Source of the DNA: Glycera tridactyla
Taxonomy: Eukaryota
Direction: 5' to 3'
Length of the DNA stretch: 64,000 nt
Assembly (NCBI GenBank): GCA_965644265.1
Contig: OZ286474.1
Span: forward strand, 78,058,001 to 78,122,000
The notes under the pieces are model-generated. The model was not told the DNA's origin. It saw only the letters and a list, made by a program, of their open reading frames with translations, and did no database searches. The translations under genes were made by a program, and so were the position numbers. This document shows, piece by piece, positions 14,772 to 28,900 of this stretch (positions within the stretch are counted from its first letter, which is position 1; the number at the start of each line of letters is the position of its first letter).

Positions 14772-15029
14772 GGACCGTATGTCAGGGTCTTATATCGGCA
14801 GTAAACCTTAACTGGATGCGCTGCCAATATAAGGCCAACTGCCAACATAAGACTCTGACAAGCCAGGGTCTTATATGGGCAGCGATCCTAATGTTGGTAG
14901 TCATTCCAGTTAATCATCGCTGCCCATATAAGACCCTGGCTTGTCAGGGTCTTATGTTGGCAGTTGGCCTTATATTGGCAGCGCATCCAGTTAAGGTTTA
15001 CTGCCGATATAAGACCCTGACAACTGTCC
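14772..15029. mobile_element. Foldback/MITE-like palindrome (~107-bp near-perfect arms)
   Basis: The left arm from 14780 is the reverse complement of the right arm ending at 15022 with one mismatch, around a ~29-bp spacer. Imperfect extension to GGAC...GTCC. Internal CTGCC.A.ATAAG.CC subrepeats. No TSD seen. Confidence 0.85.
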
Positions 15030-18000
15030 ACCTCAGAAGACCATCATAAGTCAGAGTTTTGCATGGACAGTGAGGTACATATCTTGTGGAGTGGAGAAGT
15101 GATCATCCATGAATCAATAGGAAATGATTCACATAATCCATGAAATGTTCGGAGGGCGGATTGATGCAGCATTGAGGGATGTGAATTCCCCCTGGAGACA
15201 TGTAGGGTATCACCCTCCATTGCAGTAACGAGCGATGTGAGATGATGGGGTGGGCGTTTTTTCTGTGTTGGCTGCAAATTGCCTACTTCATGGGACCGAC
15301 ATTAGTCCCTGGATAATCATGATCATTTGAATGAGAACATATTCGAGTGGTGGTAGCTGGTGCCTCAATCCTTGATCCTAGACCATGCGCTTGTATCCTA
15401 GGATAGATTGATCTGGATGATGAGCTGTGATTCTAATTGCAATTCTAGGTAAAATATATTCCTGATAAATGAGTTTTTTCTCAACTGTGCAACCCCATTT
15501 TCAATGTTCACGAACCTACGATCTGCGATAAGACTATTAACATTATCCTCTCAATCTTCCATCTGCGAAATGATTTGTTTGAAATAAAATACCGATTAGC
15601 TGTTGAGTTTGTATATTTGAAACTGATGTAATGATGTCGTTGCATTGGTAGGGAGTGAGGGGAATGTTATGGGAGATGTTATGGGTTGGGCAGACAGGTA
15701 TGCAGGTGTTAAGCGCGGAGGTAGACTGGTGCCAGTAATATGTCTCGGCTCCTTCCCTCATATGTCACGTGCCACTCTCGTCTCTAGTATACATTATTGA
15801 TGATCCCACCATGCAAACATCTCAACCCACCCTTAGGTAGATAGCCTTCTCAAGATATATCCCACATTCAGTCTGAAACAAACGGATGGTCACATGAGAG
15901 GCATTAGTCCTGAATATCCCACTCCCCCCTATCAAACAGGATGTGTGATTTCCAGTGATTTTCGGCCCCATCGAAAGATAAAAGAGGCAGATGTGAGCTA
16001 TGGAAAGCCATGCTCTCCGCATTTATTTCTTGCCATATCATCTTAGACAGGAAGGCGGTGAACTTGGATGAATACCCATCTGTATTGACAAAGTATAATC
16101 TTTTCATCAGCGCTATATTAAAGAATAACAATCCGGAATTGTCCCGCAGCAGCAATGGGACAATACAGGCCTCTGAGTGGGCTGGGGGTGGTGGAGTTGA
16201 GAGAACATGTATATTCTATTAGCTGTCTATATTCTGCCTAACAGATGGCTTAACCATCTATATACTCACTCCCTGGACATATGCCTGGCCTCACCTGACC
16301 ACACACTGTAAGCCGACTCTCGGCCTTTGTGCATTGAGGCTTGTGTCCATCCACTTTCTATCGCTGTTTTATCCGGCAGGCAAGATATTCATGCCGACAT
16401 GAAAGTAGGCATTCTTTTTTTATTTATCCGGCTCTGTATGTGCATGCCTACAGCCCATGTCAGGGTCTTTGCTTTATTCATGGATCTGGATGTCTTCTCT
16501 ATTGTGAATGGCTCTAGCCTAGCCCCCGGTGCATGTATTCAATGCACTAAATCACCACATGTTCAGCCTTTTTATTCAGCTAGCCCATCACTAGAAATGT
16601 ATTGCAACCTCTATCGACGCTTCTAATTATGCTCCTTTGCCATCTGGTGGAAGACAGTTCAAATTTGGGATAGAGAGTGTTGGTTGAGATATTGCATGCT
16701 TGGTTCACAGCCGAACTTCCAATATAGTAAACCCAGTGCATGCCAACTGGAGAATCACAGACCGGATTGTGTATATGTGAGACTGTTCCAACATTTATCT
16801 GAATAAAAGAACTGATGTTGTCTTAAGTATAAAGAAAGGGGAACGTCACGTTCAATGGTGCTTTCTATTTCAGTATTTTCAGTCCGATTTAACCCTTTCT
16901 CTCTGAAAGAACACAACCTAACCAACAAGCAAATAAATACAATTTTCATTTCCGATACACGTAGACTCGCGCACATCATTGATACACAACTTGTTTGACA
17001 CAATGATTCCCAACCCTTCATCCATAGCAGACTTGTGTATTCACAGGAACAGATCACACCTAATGGTAGTGGCAAGTCTGATTCGCCTGAGAATTGCTTC
17101 TGTACAGTTTTTGGAGGGTTACACCGGTGAACTCATGGAACCATTATATCAGCTTCGACCTCGCGTTCAAAGACATAATTCGAGATATGGTTGACCTGTT
17201 CAGTATCTCGAGATTGCATTTTCAATAGAATAGTTTAAATTTCATTGATCTCGCGGGATCAAATCCGATCGGAGCAGATACGTGATTCGTCCTCGCAGTG
17301 AGATTCGACAGGTAGTTGACTTTATTGGAGTTTGGATTCCTTGAGACGATGCTGTTTTTCTCCCTGCTGCTTGTCGGCATTATCCGCTCATGGACGGGAA
17401 GCAATTAAAACTACCCAGCACGTAATCCAATTAGAGCAGGCTTCAATTCCTCACATAAACACTGGGACAAGAAGTATCATCCGTCTTCTAAATTTATCGT
17501 GATCAGAAGGAATTGAGCATTTTGAAGAAAAATGGAGAGGGAAAACAAGTTTGACTCCATGCCAAAAATATTTATGAACTTCATGTTTTTCATTCGATGG
17601 CTTCAAAAGGCTTCAAAACGACTTCAAGATTTTATCCTTATCTCTATCTTTATATACAATACATCACGAGGGTCATACACATAATGAAAGATACTTACCT
17701 ATGAACATTGACCGAAAAGTATTTACATACCGTAGACAATATATACAAACAATAGTAAAAATTGAATTTATCATCTGTCACCTCTCCCTCACGTATGATA
17801 CATCTCACTGTAGCTTACTGGCTATTTATCGGCGCTCCTTGTGCTTATCAGGATCATCCAGTGCCATTATTTCTGAAACCGTGGGCCTTGCAGGAATGAC
17901 AGCAATACTGAAACACAAAATTCAATCATGGAATTTTGAGAGAAACTATTTGATTGAAGCTTTCACCATGAAATCGTTACGCCAATTAATAAATTTGCCT

Positions 18001-20255
18001 ACAAGCAATGCATGACGAGGCTCTTCATTTACGCATTCAATTCTATCCAGAGTGTGAATACCCGGTCCATATTAGAAATGTTGGCATCAAGCTATGACTG
18101 CCGATAATGTCTCACTCCTTGGCCTCCAGTCTCTAAATATCCATGGTCCGGTCCCAAACGTTTTTGCATTGATACAGCACTTGGTTGGCATGCTTACTTT
18201 CTGTTTTGAAAAAAATCTTATATTTGACCGTTTTTATGTGACAGATCTCAAACCACAGGCATTAATTGACTTTGATATTATAGGCCAGCTCTTCACGAAA
18301 TGGTATTTTCATATGCTCAACATTGGTTCTGACTATCCATGATGATTCTTCTCTTCATTCAGTCATGCAACAGTTCGATGATCATTGGGATATCTGCTTC
18401 TATGTATATCGTGATTGTTTATGCAATAATCCACCATTTGCACGAGCCTCACCAACCACTCATTCATCATCCCCCTTCTCATATCTATATTATCATATGC
18501 TTCGAACACAACAGAAATTTGGGAAACATCTTGTGTGCCGTGATTCTTACACCACAGCACCTTTCACTAGAGGCCCTAAGGGGTGTGATCAGACTGATCT
18601 TTTTGCTGCCTATCGATTGGTCGATACAATATAGTCTAGCCTGTACCCATGATACCTGAAATAATCATTGACTCAACCAACATAAATAAGGTCTCAAAAA
18701 GACATTTGACGAATATTCTCAACTGAGATTTCCTGAAGGAACACTGGCTTTTGGGTGGCTGAGCCCATAGCCCCCAGAACCGTCACCTGCATTAATAATG
18801 CCCAGCAATCTGACATTCATATCAACACTGCCACAGTCTAGATTCGTGTTGTCATGCCCCAGCATCATTCATCAGCATCTCATATACGCTGGACATCATT
18901 ATCATTCTGGGAAGCATTTATACTCAGCATCCCTGTCATCTAGTATTCACATATACGTCAGATGCCACCTGTGTATGTCCGAATGTGCAAACTAATCATA
19001 AGAGAACATCACAACATCTCCTAATACTCTCATTAGGTTCCTGCTCCACGTGCACAGCATAAAATACGCCTGAGATAGCTGGGTGAAAATTACCGGTCTT
19101 TTCCCAATGCTGACGTTGACCAAATAGGAGGAAAATTTAGTATGGCTTGCACGTATGAGAGGATGCATTGGTGTCTCGGCCTGACTCCTTAGGTCCTGAA
19201 GTTTGGGACTTCTGCAACTGAGTCGAGAAAAGGTTTCTAATATTCATTCTTGGGGATACATATCATGCTGCCTGTAATGTCTTTTGAAGGTCATGAAGGA
19301 CTCGAGCTCACGCCTGGCTAGGCTGCCATGAGGACGGTCCCACGTCGTATTTTTGTGCCACTGATATCGGAATCTGGCCCTGTTTTGGGCCACTCCCATA
19401 CACTGCCTCTCGTATTCATGCGCCCAATGTGAACCGCATACAAGCACAGCATGATTGATATGAAGATAGCGAAGATGTAACTACGGTTCGTGTATGATGT
19501 CAAAAGATACCACCAGGAACAAGTCATTCCCTCATACCCTGATGTATGATGGATCTCCAATTCGCTTGAAGGAGTCCGTTAACAACCAGACAAAAATGTC
19601 CATTAGTGTGAATTGAAGTAGATTTGATCAGACCTTGCACTTCTTCGGTCGTTACTGGTCCCGGCAACACAATAAAAGATTCAATAAATGGAATGAAAGT
19701 ATATTGCATTGAGTCAAATTACTCGTTTCAACCTCAACTCCACTAGATTTCCATCACAATTACGAATCCCATATCACCCCAATTATCGATTACCATTATA
19801 CATGAAGGGAAACATTGATACCACTGTTGTCTTCGGCCATGGCCTGAGTAACGATGAATCTGCTCAGATTTGGTGATAGAAAATTGTGTATTTATATTAG
19901 GAATAAGAGACGGTATTTATGGAGTTGGAAATGAGAGGGGTAAAAACGTATTGTCGCGCCACTTGTGTGGGTTGCCTGGTAGCATATGGAAATGGACATC
20001 ACATACGGGTAGCGTATAACGGTAGCTATGGCCGCCGCCAGTGTTTCATTTCATGGCGCATTCGATTCCAGTCACGAAGTCATTGCCGCCCAGAGAATGG
20101 ACCCAACGTCTACTTGGCTCAACAAAGATCTGACTGCCGGCTTCTCCCCTGTGTCACTCATTTTGTGTATTTGTCAACTGTTTCACTGTCAACGATAGAG
20201 AAATACCTTCGAAAGATAACAAGTCAACCATACTGATTCATTTGATGGTCCAATG

Positions 20256-20304
<49 letters not shown>
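20256..20304. repeat. (CAT)n microsatellite
   Basis: Directly visible. Confidence 0.97.
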
Positions 20305-23300
20305 GTCGTACCTGGGGGCAGTTCTGTTGTGGTAGATCCTTAAGTAGCACGGACCGAAACGGGCGATATACCTTCAATCTTCAATGGAAAATTGTTCTCA
20401 TGTAGAGTGCAGTATCCCTGTGTTATCGCTGGAAAGGTTATGGCATACCATTTCATCGGCGTCGCTTCATTCCTGACATGCCTAGTAGTATAGGTATCCA
20501 GCGATGATATGGTTCTTTCATCTGGGAGGGCTACAATGAATAATCAAGCCCAATTTCAGACTTCATCCATGGTGTAAAATATAAATAGGATGGAGGAATA
20601 GCATTCATGGTGACCATCCTGAGAGATGGAGGAGGGAGGGGAAGACGGTGAATGACAGATGGCTGACTCCAGGGAATGGAGCATCACTCACTTCAGTCTG
20701 TCAAAAAGATGAATGGCCCTTCAATCTCGACATTGCTTGGGCCAGGTCCATTCCATTCGTGAGTCATCGGCAAATTCCTGACCTCAACGATTCTAAACTT
20801 TTGATCAGAATTTTGTTCAGAATCGAGAATCTCAACAAAACAATGACATTGTGTAATCGACAATATCTTTCGCATAACTTCGATTTTCTGAGATAATAGA
20901 TGGAAAGCCATGTTTTTCATTACATGATGATACATCATTGATATTCAAGCATATTCAGGTGTTCAATTCGATCTTGACAGAACTTCAAGGTACTGTATGA
21001 ATATAAGAATTTGCATGAAAAGCTAATTTGAACTTTCATCACCTCTCTGAATGAATTATGCTCGCTGCATGCCACTTTCGATACCATGCTAATTCGTTTC
21101 GAGATCATCGCATGAAATCATGATGACGTCTTCATGATTCTGATTATTTCCAAAATCATGAAGACGCAATCACTTGTATTGGTGTATTTCCATCCAATGT
21201 CAAATGAACTGACATTCCTGGTCGGGTCGTTCCATGGTTGTGATATCTGGGGGATTTTCGACTCAGTGTTGAATTCAGTGAGACAGTCAATTAGCGGACT
21301 ACTCACAATGTATGCTTTAGTTAGCCACTAGGTGAGCATCTCATAGTTCACGCTCAAATTAGGTATTAGATCAGGTGATTCCTCCAGATTGAGAGTGTGT
21401 TCAGAATAGTTGTGAGATCTATTTGTGATGTGCTTGAAAACCATATACAGAAGTCCAAACTTGTAAGGAGCCACACTTTAGAGAAATGTGTCCCCGATGA
21501 GTATTGCCACCTAATCTAGCACGTGTTGGAAATCAGGCGCAAGGGATGCTGGGTCGGTCTATTATTCATCCGTTCAACACTCTTGTGATTGAACATGAAA
21601 GGCGAGCCTCACGTGCTCACTGCATGTCCATGGGCCTTTTTTCAGGCGCGATAAGACCTGACTCTTCAAGGTTCCATAAGGGCATCATATTGATGGAGAT
21701 CAGATGTGACATCTCCTCCCCTTAGAGAGAAAAAAAACTATTGCTATACATGTCAAATATCAGACTTAGTCTTACCGAAATTATTGCTTGTGGATTTGCC
21801 TGTTTATTTGTNNNNNNNNNNNNNNNNNNNNNNNNNNNNNNNNNNNNNNNNNNNNNNNNNNNNNNNNNNNNNNNNNNNNNNNNNNNNNNNNNNNNNNNNN
21901 NNNNNNNNNNNNNNNNNNNNNNNNNNNNNNNNNNNNNNNNNNNNNNNNNNNNNNNNNNNNNNNNNNNNNNNNNNNNNNNNNNNNNNNNNNNNNNNNNNNN
22001 NNNNNNNNNNNNNNNNNNNNNNNNNNNNNNNNNNNNNNNNNNNNNNNNNNNNNNNNNNNNNNNNNNNNNNNNNNNNNNNNNTAAAAAACTCTATTTACCC
22101 TCGTACAAAAATATATACAAATGTGCATCCAGCCCAAACTTGGCTTTATCAATCACACATATGGCAACACGAACTCGATAACATACATACAATGTGCCAG
22201 CAATAGGTAATCAGTCAGAAGTAGTAGCTTTTTACTCGAGTATAGTCATATAGATTCAGGCTCTTATTCGTCATTCATGCTCTCTCACATTCTTCTGATT
22301 TTATTACTTTCAACATCATGGCATCATCATATGCAACAGTTGTCAGTCAATACGTGGTTGCTATGTCGCTTGGTATGAATAGAGCTGTATAAATAGAGCT
22401 ATATACAGGAAAAAACAGTCAGTCAGTCAATCTGTCTCTGTCACTTTCTCTGTCTCTCGTTTCTCTCTTTTTTCAGTTGCATTATTTTAATTCTTACTTC
22501 ATGTAGTTATCTTTCTCATCTCTCTCTATCGCCCTTTGGGAAAGTAAAGGTCGCACTGGTGAGGAACCCTTATGTAGTGAAGAGAAGACCGGATAAATAT
22601 AGACAGATGATTAGATGTGAGTGCCGCTGGTAGTCAGCCAATGTTTAATTCTATAGAGTTTAATCAGAAAAGGCAACATGGAGGCGGTGAGGCAGCGTGT
22701 CGAAAGTTTATCTTAGGTACGTGAGCGGCTTGCAGGCCCGTGAGCACAACTTTCGATGGCACTCAGTATGCATCATGTCGCTAGTCCTTCGACTTAACAA
22801 GATATGCACACAGAAATAAATCACCATGAGATGTCTGATCACTAAATGGGATGTTGATTCAATGCTGATCAAATAACAAGTGCTATAGCTCATGAGTTCA
22901 TACTCCAGCCTCCTGCATTCAATCAAGGAATGATGAACAAGCTCAGAGAAAGATTATTTGATTCGATTTGATTATGGGTTTTGTACAACTCACCAAGGTC
23001 ACATGAAATAACACCTATGTGTAGGAGGGATAGTTCTACTTTCTCCCTGATGACCAAGAACGGGGAGTATATCACAGCAATGGTTGACTTGTCTGCTAAA
23101 CTTACTTTGGAAATTTCGCACTCAATCGGCGTAATTTGGCCCAGTGCTATCGGTTACCGTTGAGTTCTGGTGCATCCGGGTCCTAATATTTTCATCGCAG
23201 CATGTTGCTGTTCCTGTTACAGCCCACGGGCGCTAGACTTTTGTAACTTCTAGGATACATCCAAATTGAACAATTTCTGGTATGCCATTTGGCGGGGAGC

Positions 23301-24045
23301 TTGCTGCTCAAAGGCCTTACAATCTGCTCTTTTCCGAAATCAGAACGTTATCAACGAGTTGGAATATATCCTAATGCATTCAACGGAGGGTGTGCAATCC
23401 ATTCATCATTTCATTCATCAGTTCAGAGATAAAGTATGAATATCTCACTTGTAATTCCGAAAAGGGGTGATGCATGAACCTTTCGATGTCAGGCGAGGTG
23501 AGATTAGGCATGAACATAAGATGATATATTGAATGGATCTCATACATGTCAGTTTTGCTCAAAGCATGCATGATAATGAGCCGATGATATAGATATGACG
23601 TATCCCATGAATCCCACACATGTTAGTGAAGGGCAGATTATCTATGAGAGATGCTGTATCACAATTTCCTTCATCATGTCACGCTTGATCATAGATATAT
23701 GAACATTCCCATCGGTGAAGAAATGGTCGTAAATTTCCTGAGCTGATTCCAGAAGTCCGAAGCGATCAAACATCTTTGCAAAGATTCAAGAATCATCATA
23801 TCCATGCCTCATGATGACCCCGCACACTATCTTTTATGGGTAATATTTGAGTCTCCTTATTGCCATTTATTTTGTCAGTGATGGGTATGACATGAGTCCG
23901 AATAATGCTTGTCCTTTGGCGATAAATTGTGATTATATGGGAGACATGTGACAATGATTGAATCCTACATTGGGGTGTCTGGGAATTATAGTATTGGAGA
24001 TTTTTGGTGAAATAAACCAAATTACGAACAAACGAAAGGGGAGGA

Positions 24046-24050
<5 letters not shown>

Positions 24051-24109
<59 letters not shown>
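24051..24109. repeat. (GA)n microsatellite
   Basis: Directly visible. Confidence 0.97.
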
Positions 24110-24113
<4 letters not shown>

Positions 24114-24328
24114 TGGTGCGGTTGGTAGTGGTGTGGAGTGTATCACCTTGTCTAACACATAGTAGATAGTGACAGGAATGTGTCCCAGGCGGCTCATAGT
24201 GAGCTTGCCTCACTGGACACATGAGGTTGTAAACCCCGTGTAGGCTAGCAAGTTTAGGCTAGTGGGACACTTACCTTCATTATCTCTACACATCAATTAT
24301 TCCTGCTAACGGGGCAAGTGGATCTGAC

Positions 24329-24366
24329 TGGGCCAGTGATGGGCCAGTGATGGGCCAGTGATGGGC
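24329..24366. repeat. 11-bp tandem repeat (TGGGCCAGTGA)x3.5
   Basis: Directly visible. Confidence 0.9.
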
Positions 24367-25329
24367 TAGCCAGCGCTGGAGATTCCATCCACATCCCGCT
24401 ATTGTTCCAGTCACGTGGGACGCCTCGTTGTGATGCATGATTGCATAATTACCGGTGGTTGTATCATTAACAACTTCGAGTTAATCAACTGTGGACGGCG
24501 ATCATAATTAAATTATCATTTCTGTCCCATGTGCCATATATATCAACCCTAAGGGCAATAGCTTTCACGAATGAATGCCAAGATTTAGTTACATTACGCA
24601 CCTTAGCTCCCTATCCAGTATAAATGTTGTCCCTAATTTAACGATATCGTCTTTCAAATAAGTCCTTTTCTATCACCGGAAATACATTGCCTGGTAGGTC
24701 TGATCATGTCAGACTCCAAGTAACCTACCCAGGGAAATACATTTCAGAAAATAGTGGTGTATTCAATGGTAATGACTTCAGAATCACTGCAGTGACTTTC
24801 AGCCAATTTATTATCACACCTGTTCTCAGAAGCGATCCGACCCGTATCTCAAGCATCCAGCATCACAGGACTATGATCATAACATGAAGAGCCGCTAGTT
24901 CTTTAGAATTGGTTCATCTGGTTTGATCTTATAGATCAGGTTACCGCTTGAAAAAGGTATGAAGAATGCCTCAGGCATTTGGAACGACGTTTATTTATAT
25001 TCCAAGGCCTATCACTTCTGTCTGATTTCCCAACATCAAAGAAATCTGACAAAGTCTCACACGTTCGGTGTGTTCATGGCACTCCTTTGAAGTGTGATTC
25101 TTACTGCTATTCTGTCATGCATCATCAACTAGATACCAGTCTAGCGAAGGGTTGAAGCGGAACGACCATCACAACATCACCTTAGATAGGGTTCAGAGTG
25201 TGTTTCTTCAAGATGCGTCTAATCAAACTGGAAAGATGATAGCCTTGCTCTCCTATCTGATTTTGGATTTCTTTGTTGAACATCTCACACGGCTGTCACA
25301 GAGCATCATTGATACGGTTTGGAAAAATA

Positions 25330-25463
25330 TACCAGCTCAGTGTAGTCGTTGTGGTAAAGATGGTATAAGGTATGATAGCAGTGGTGCTGTTAGTAGTAGT
25401 ACTGGTAGAAGCCTTGGTAAAAGTAGTACTAGTGAACGTGAGAGTGGTAGTAGAAGTAGTAGT
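25330..25463. repeat. Degenerate (GTA)n array
   Basis: Directly visible; abuts the LINE 3' tail. Confidence 0.85.
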
Positions 25464-25962
25464 AAAAAACAGTAAAACAGTAAAACAGTAAAACAGTAGT
25501 TTATTTCCGTGACAAGCACAATACAAACGACAAATACAAACATTCATTAAACGTATTCCAACATCTGGTCAGTATAATTGTAGATGAAGTAGTATATACA
25601 TGCCCGCCCCACATGCGGGGCTATTTGTCACTGGTATAGGAAAAAAGTTCTTATGGTTGTCGTCACTTGCCTTCCAATGATATTGGTAATGGTTGAATAC
25701 CATTATCAAAGAATGGGTTACAAAAAGGTGATCTCCTCGGATCCACTCGCGTACGATAGTACGTTTGGTTTTGGTGTTGATAGAAATAACTAATGGTAAT
25801 AGTAATAGAGGTGTACAATGAAAAATAGTACGTCAACTTCGTTTGTTAACGTGTTCGCCTGTGTGTGCACTAGCGTATCTGTGGTTACTTCTCAGTATAG
25901 CAGGGTCACACATACGTTATTATAGTAGAGTTCACATTCTCAGTATACATAGGTTGGATTGT

Positions 25963-28900
25963 TCAGTTGTACATTAAAGCTTTCCTACGATCCATCATTT
26001 TGCTGATATGGTAGGCGGTGATTTTCACTAGTTTGGCTTAATAACATGTTAACACAGTTTGGGTCTTCACTCGACAATTCTGGTTCAATTTGATGTATCT
26101 CTCTCCACATGTCTTCTCTCTCATTCTTCAGACTTTCACAGTGTAACAAAAAGTGCATTTCGTCTTCTACTTGCCCAGCGGGGCATATCTGGCATACTCG
26201 TTCATCAACTGGAATACCCTTGAAGCGACCTGTCTCTATGAGTAGCGGAAGCACCCCACATTTAAACTTAATGATCGTACTTCTTGCTTGTCTGTCCAAA
26301 TTCTGGGATACAATTACTTTGTTCTGTTCCGTATTGTGAATTTTGACGAAAGTTCTTAGTTTGGGTTTGCTTATTGCTTCATTCCATAGATGTTCTTTTC
26401 TAAGCCTCAATAGTCTCGCTTCAAGGATTTCCAGGTCATACACTCTCCATGTTTCCTTGTTGTTACACAAGTTACAAACATGTAAGATATGCTTGATTTC
26501 TGAGGCCCAGCAATCTTTCGATAACCATCTCTCCCACTTGTACATGATGACAGGTAATCTATTTGGGTCCATTTTAATTATACGGTTGTGCAATCTAATC
26601 ATTTCCACCCATCTAGTATCCCTGGCATCTAGCCAACCCATCTCAATTTGGGTGGCACACACTGGCGTGAATTTATGTACCCCGAGATAGAATCTTTGAA
26701 CCCTGTTCTGGAGCACCCTGGGTTCTTGGTAGTCTTTAAAACCCCAAACCCCACTGCCATAATTCTGTATGGGGAGAACGTAGGTGTTGAATAGTGTGTG
26801 GTAGCTGGCATTGCCCATGTTCTTCATGTTTTTGAACAGCGATACTACCCGTCCAAATGATCTGGTAGCGGCAGTTGTGAGTGTCTCTATGGCGTGTTTG
26901 AATGAGCAGTGTTCGTGGAAATGTACACCCAGGTATTTATAAATGCTCACATATTCAAGGTTGTGATTACAGCATTTCAAGACAGTAGAGGAGGGGGGCG
27001 TTGGTGCTTTCTCACATGTAGAACTTGACTTTTTTTCTGATTGATAGACATCTTCCATTTCTGACACCATTTCGTCATAGTATTTAATTGTTGTTGTGCT
27101 TGTTCAACAGTATTTGATATAAGCACGATGTCATCAGCATAAAGTAGTAAACCAATTTGGGTTCCACCCACCATCACCCCAGCTTGGAGATCATTTATCA
27201 TGGGCACAAGGTCATTGATATAGGTTGCGAATAAGAGGGGACTCAATGAATCGCCCTGTCTGACTCCAGATGTGATGGGGAACCAGCCCGTTAACCGTCC
27301 TTCCAACTGTACACAGCTGAGAGGGTGCTCATATATTTTCTTAATGGCATTGAGGATGGGTCCGTTGATGTTGTTATTGAGTAGCTTGTGGAATAGTAAT
27401 TCATGGGTAACATAATCGAAGGCCTTCGAGAAATCAATAAAGGTTAGAAAGGTTTCTTGTTTCATCTCAATTCTATTTTTGCAAATGCAGTGTAGGGTGT
27501 ATATATGGTCTAGACATGATCTTTTACTGCGGAAGCCATTCTGTTCATTAGCCAGTAAATTGTTATCTTCCATGTATTTGGACAGACGACTGGATATGGC
27601 AGCTGGGTACAGTTTACTTGCTACAGTTAACAGGCTGATCCCCCTGTAATTCAGTGGGACCCTGGGGTCTGCAGTTCTGCATTTGGGGATTGGGCTTATG
27701 ACACCATAAGACCAAGCGCTCGGTAGAACCTTATTAAACATACATGCATTGAATAATTCGGAGAGTAAAGTGATAGACAGTTCATTTTTGAAGATCTCAG
27801 CAGGCAGACCGTCTATACCTGAAGCTTTACCTGATTTTGCCTTCATAACAATTTTCTCAACTTCTTCAAAAGTGAATCTCTCATTGATCGCTTGGTTGTA
27901 TTGGCCATCTGCATCGTACATCTCACATAGCTTATCATTTTGTACTTTGACATTCATTTCAAAGGCAATTTGATCAGGGTCCGTACAAGGTGGTGGTGTC
28001 AACAGTGAATGAAACTCATGTTTCCATTTATTCAGAACAGTTTCGATATTGCTGGTAATCTCACCCTCATCGTCGTATACCTCTATGGGTAATTTGGTAG
28101 ACTTCCTGGGGCCCAGTTTCAAGATCTGATTCCAGAATTCCGTAGGGTTAGAGGTGTTAGCCTTTTCCAATTCAAAAACCCGATTTCGGTTATATTTCCG
28201 TTTATGCTGTTTTAATGTTTTATCAAACTTACTCTGGGCGTCCAAGAAGTCTTTTCTGGCATTCATCAATGTAGGTCCATTCCTTTTGGATTTGAGATAG
28301 ATTCTCTCCATTGCATGCATGTTATCCCACAACTCTTGTAAATCATCACACCAATAAGGGAACGGTTTGTGTTTGTACCTTTTTGCCGAGCTTGGAGCGT
28401 TACTAACCTTTTTCCAATGATGGGACATTATACCATGGTAGTATTCACAAACATTGTCATATATGCAGTCTATTCTTTCTTGATTCATATTCTCGGATGT
28501 GATATCGTCAATGTACTTCAGGATTTGTTCTGCATTCTCGGTGCTTAGTAAATGTGTAGGGAGAGGTTTCCTTCTATATCGTACAGGTGGGCTGGAATAT
28601 TTCCCTTTATTCCGGCTAGCATTCGTCGCTCCATCTGTGCGGTCAGTTTGTGAACTAGTGTTTTCTTCCACTGCCGTCTCAGGGTCAGCAGGTCGAAGCC
28701 GGACTCGCGCCATGAGAAGGGCGTGGTCCGATATCTTTCCTGCGCATTCACCTATACAACCTGTTTCTTCCATCATTTCAGAGGGTGTAATGATCTTGAA
28801 GTATTTGATAGATTTGACAATATCATGTGGGACAATCATGTAATCCACTACAGCCTTTCCTTTGTGGCTTATAGAGGTAAAATTATCATTCAATGGGAAA

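Larger units (their letters stand above)
13630..16155 (-). pseudogene. Possible decayed L1/Tx1-like ORF2 C-terminal fragments (15904-16155 and 13630-13880), interrupted by younger repeats
   Basis: FNIALMKRL...HILFDRGEWDIQD resembles N.AL..KW..RL / W.DKGI..I.D, and CNFW...LFNLACKI..W resembles the zf-RVT tail. Both pieces have the same orientation and the expected order. Weak, by eye. Confidence 0.25.

Noticed and set aside
19100-19720. Faint LINE RT-like phrases (LPGPVTTEEVQGLIK) on the minus strand
   Set aside because: Too many stops and no diagnostic RT motif recoverable by eye.
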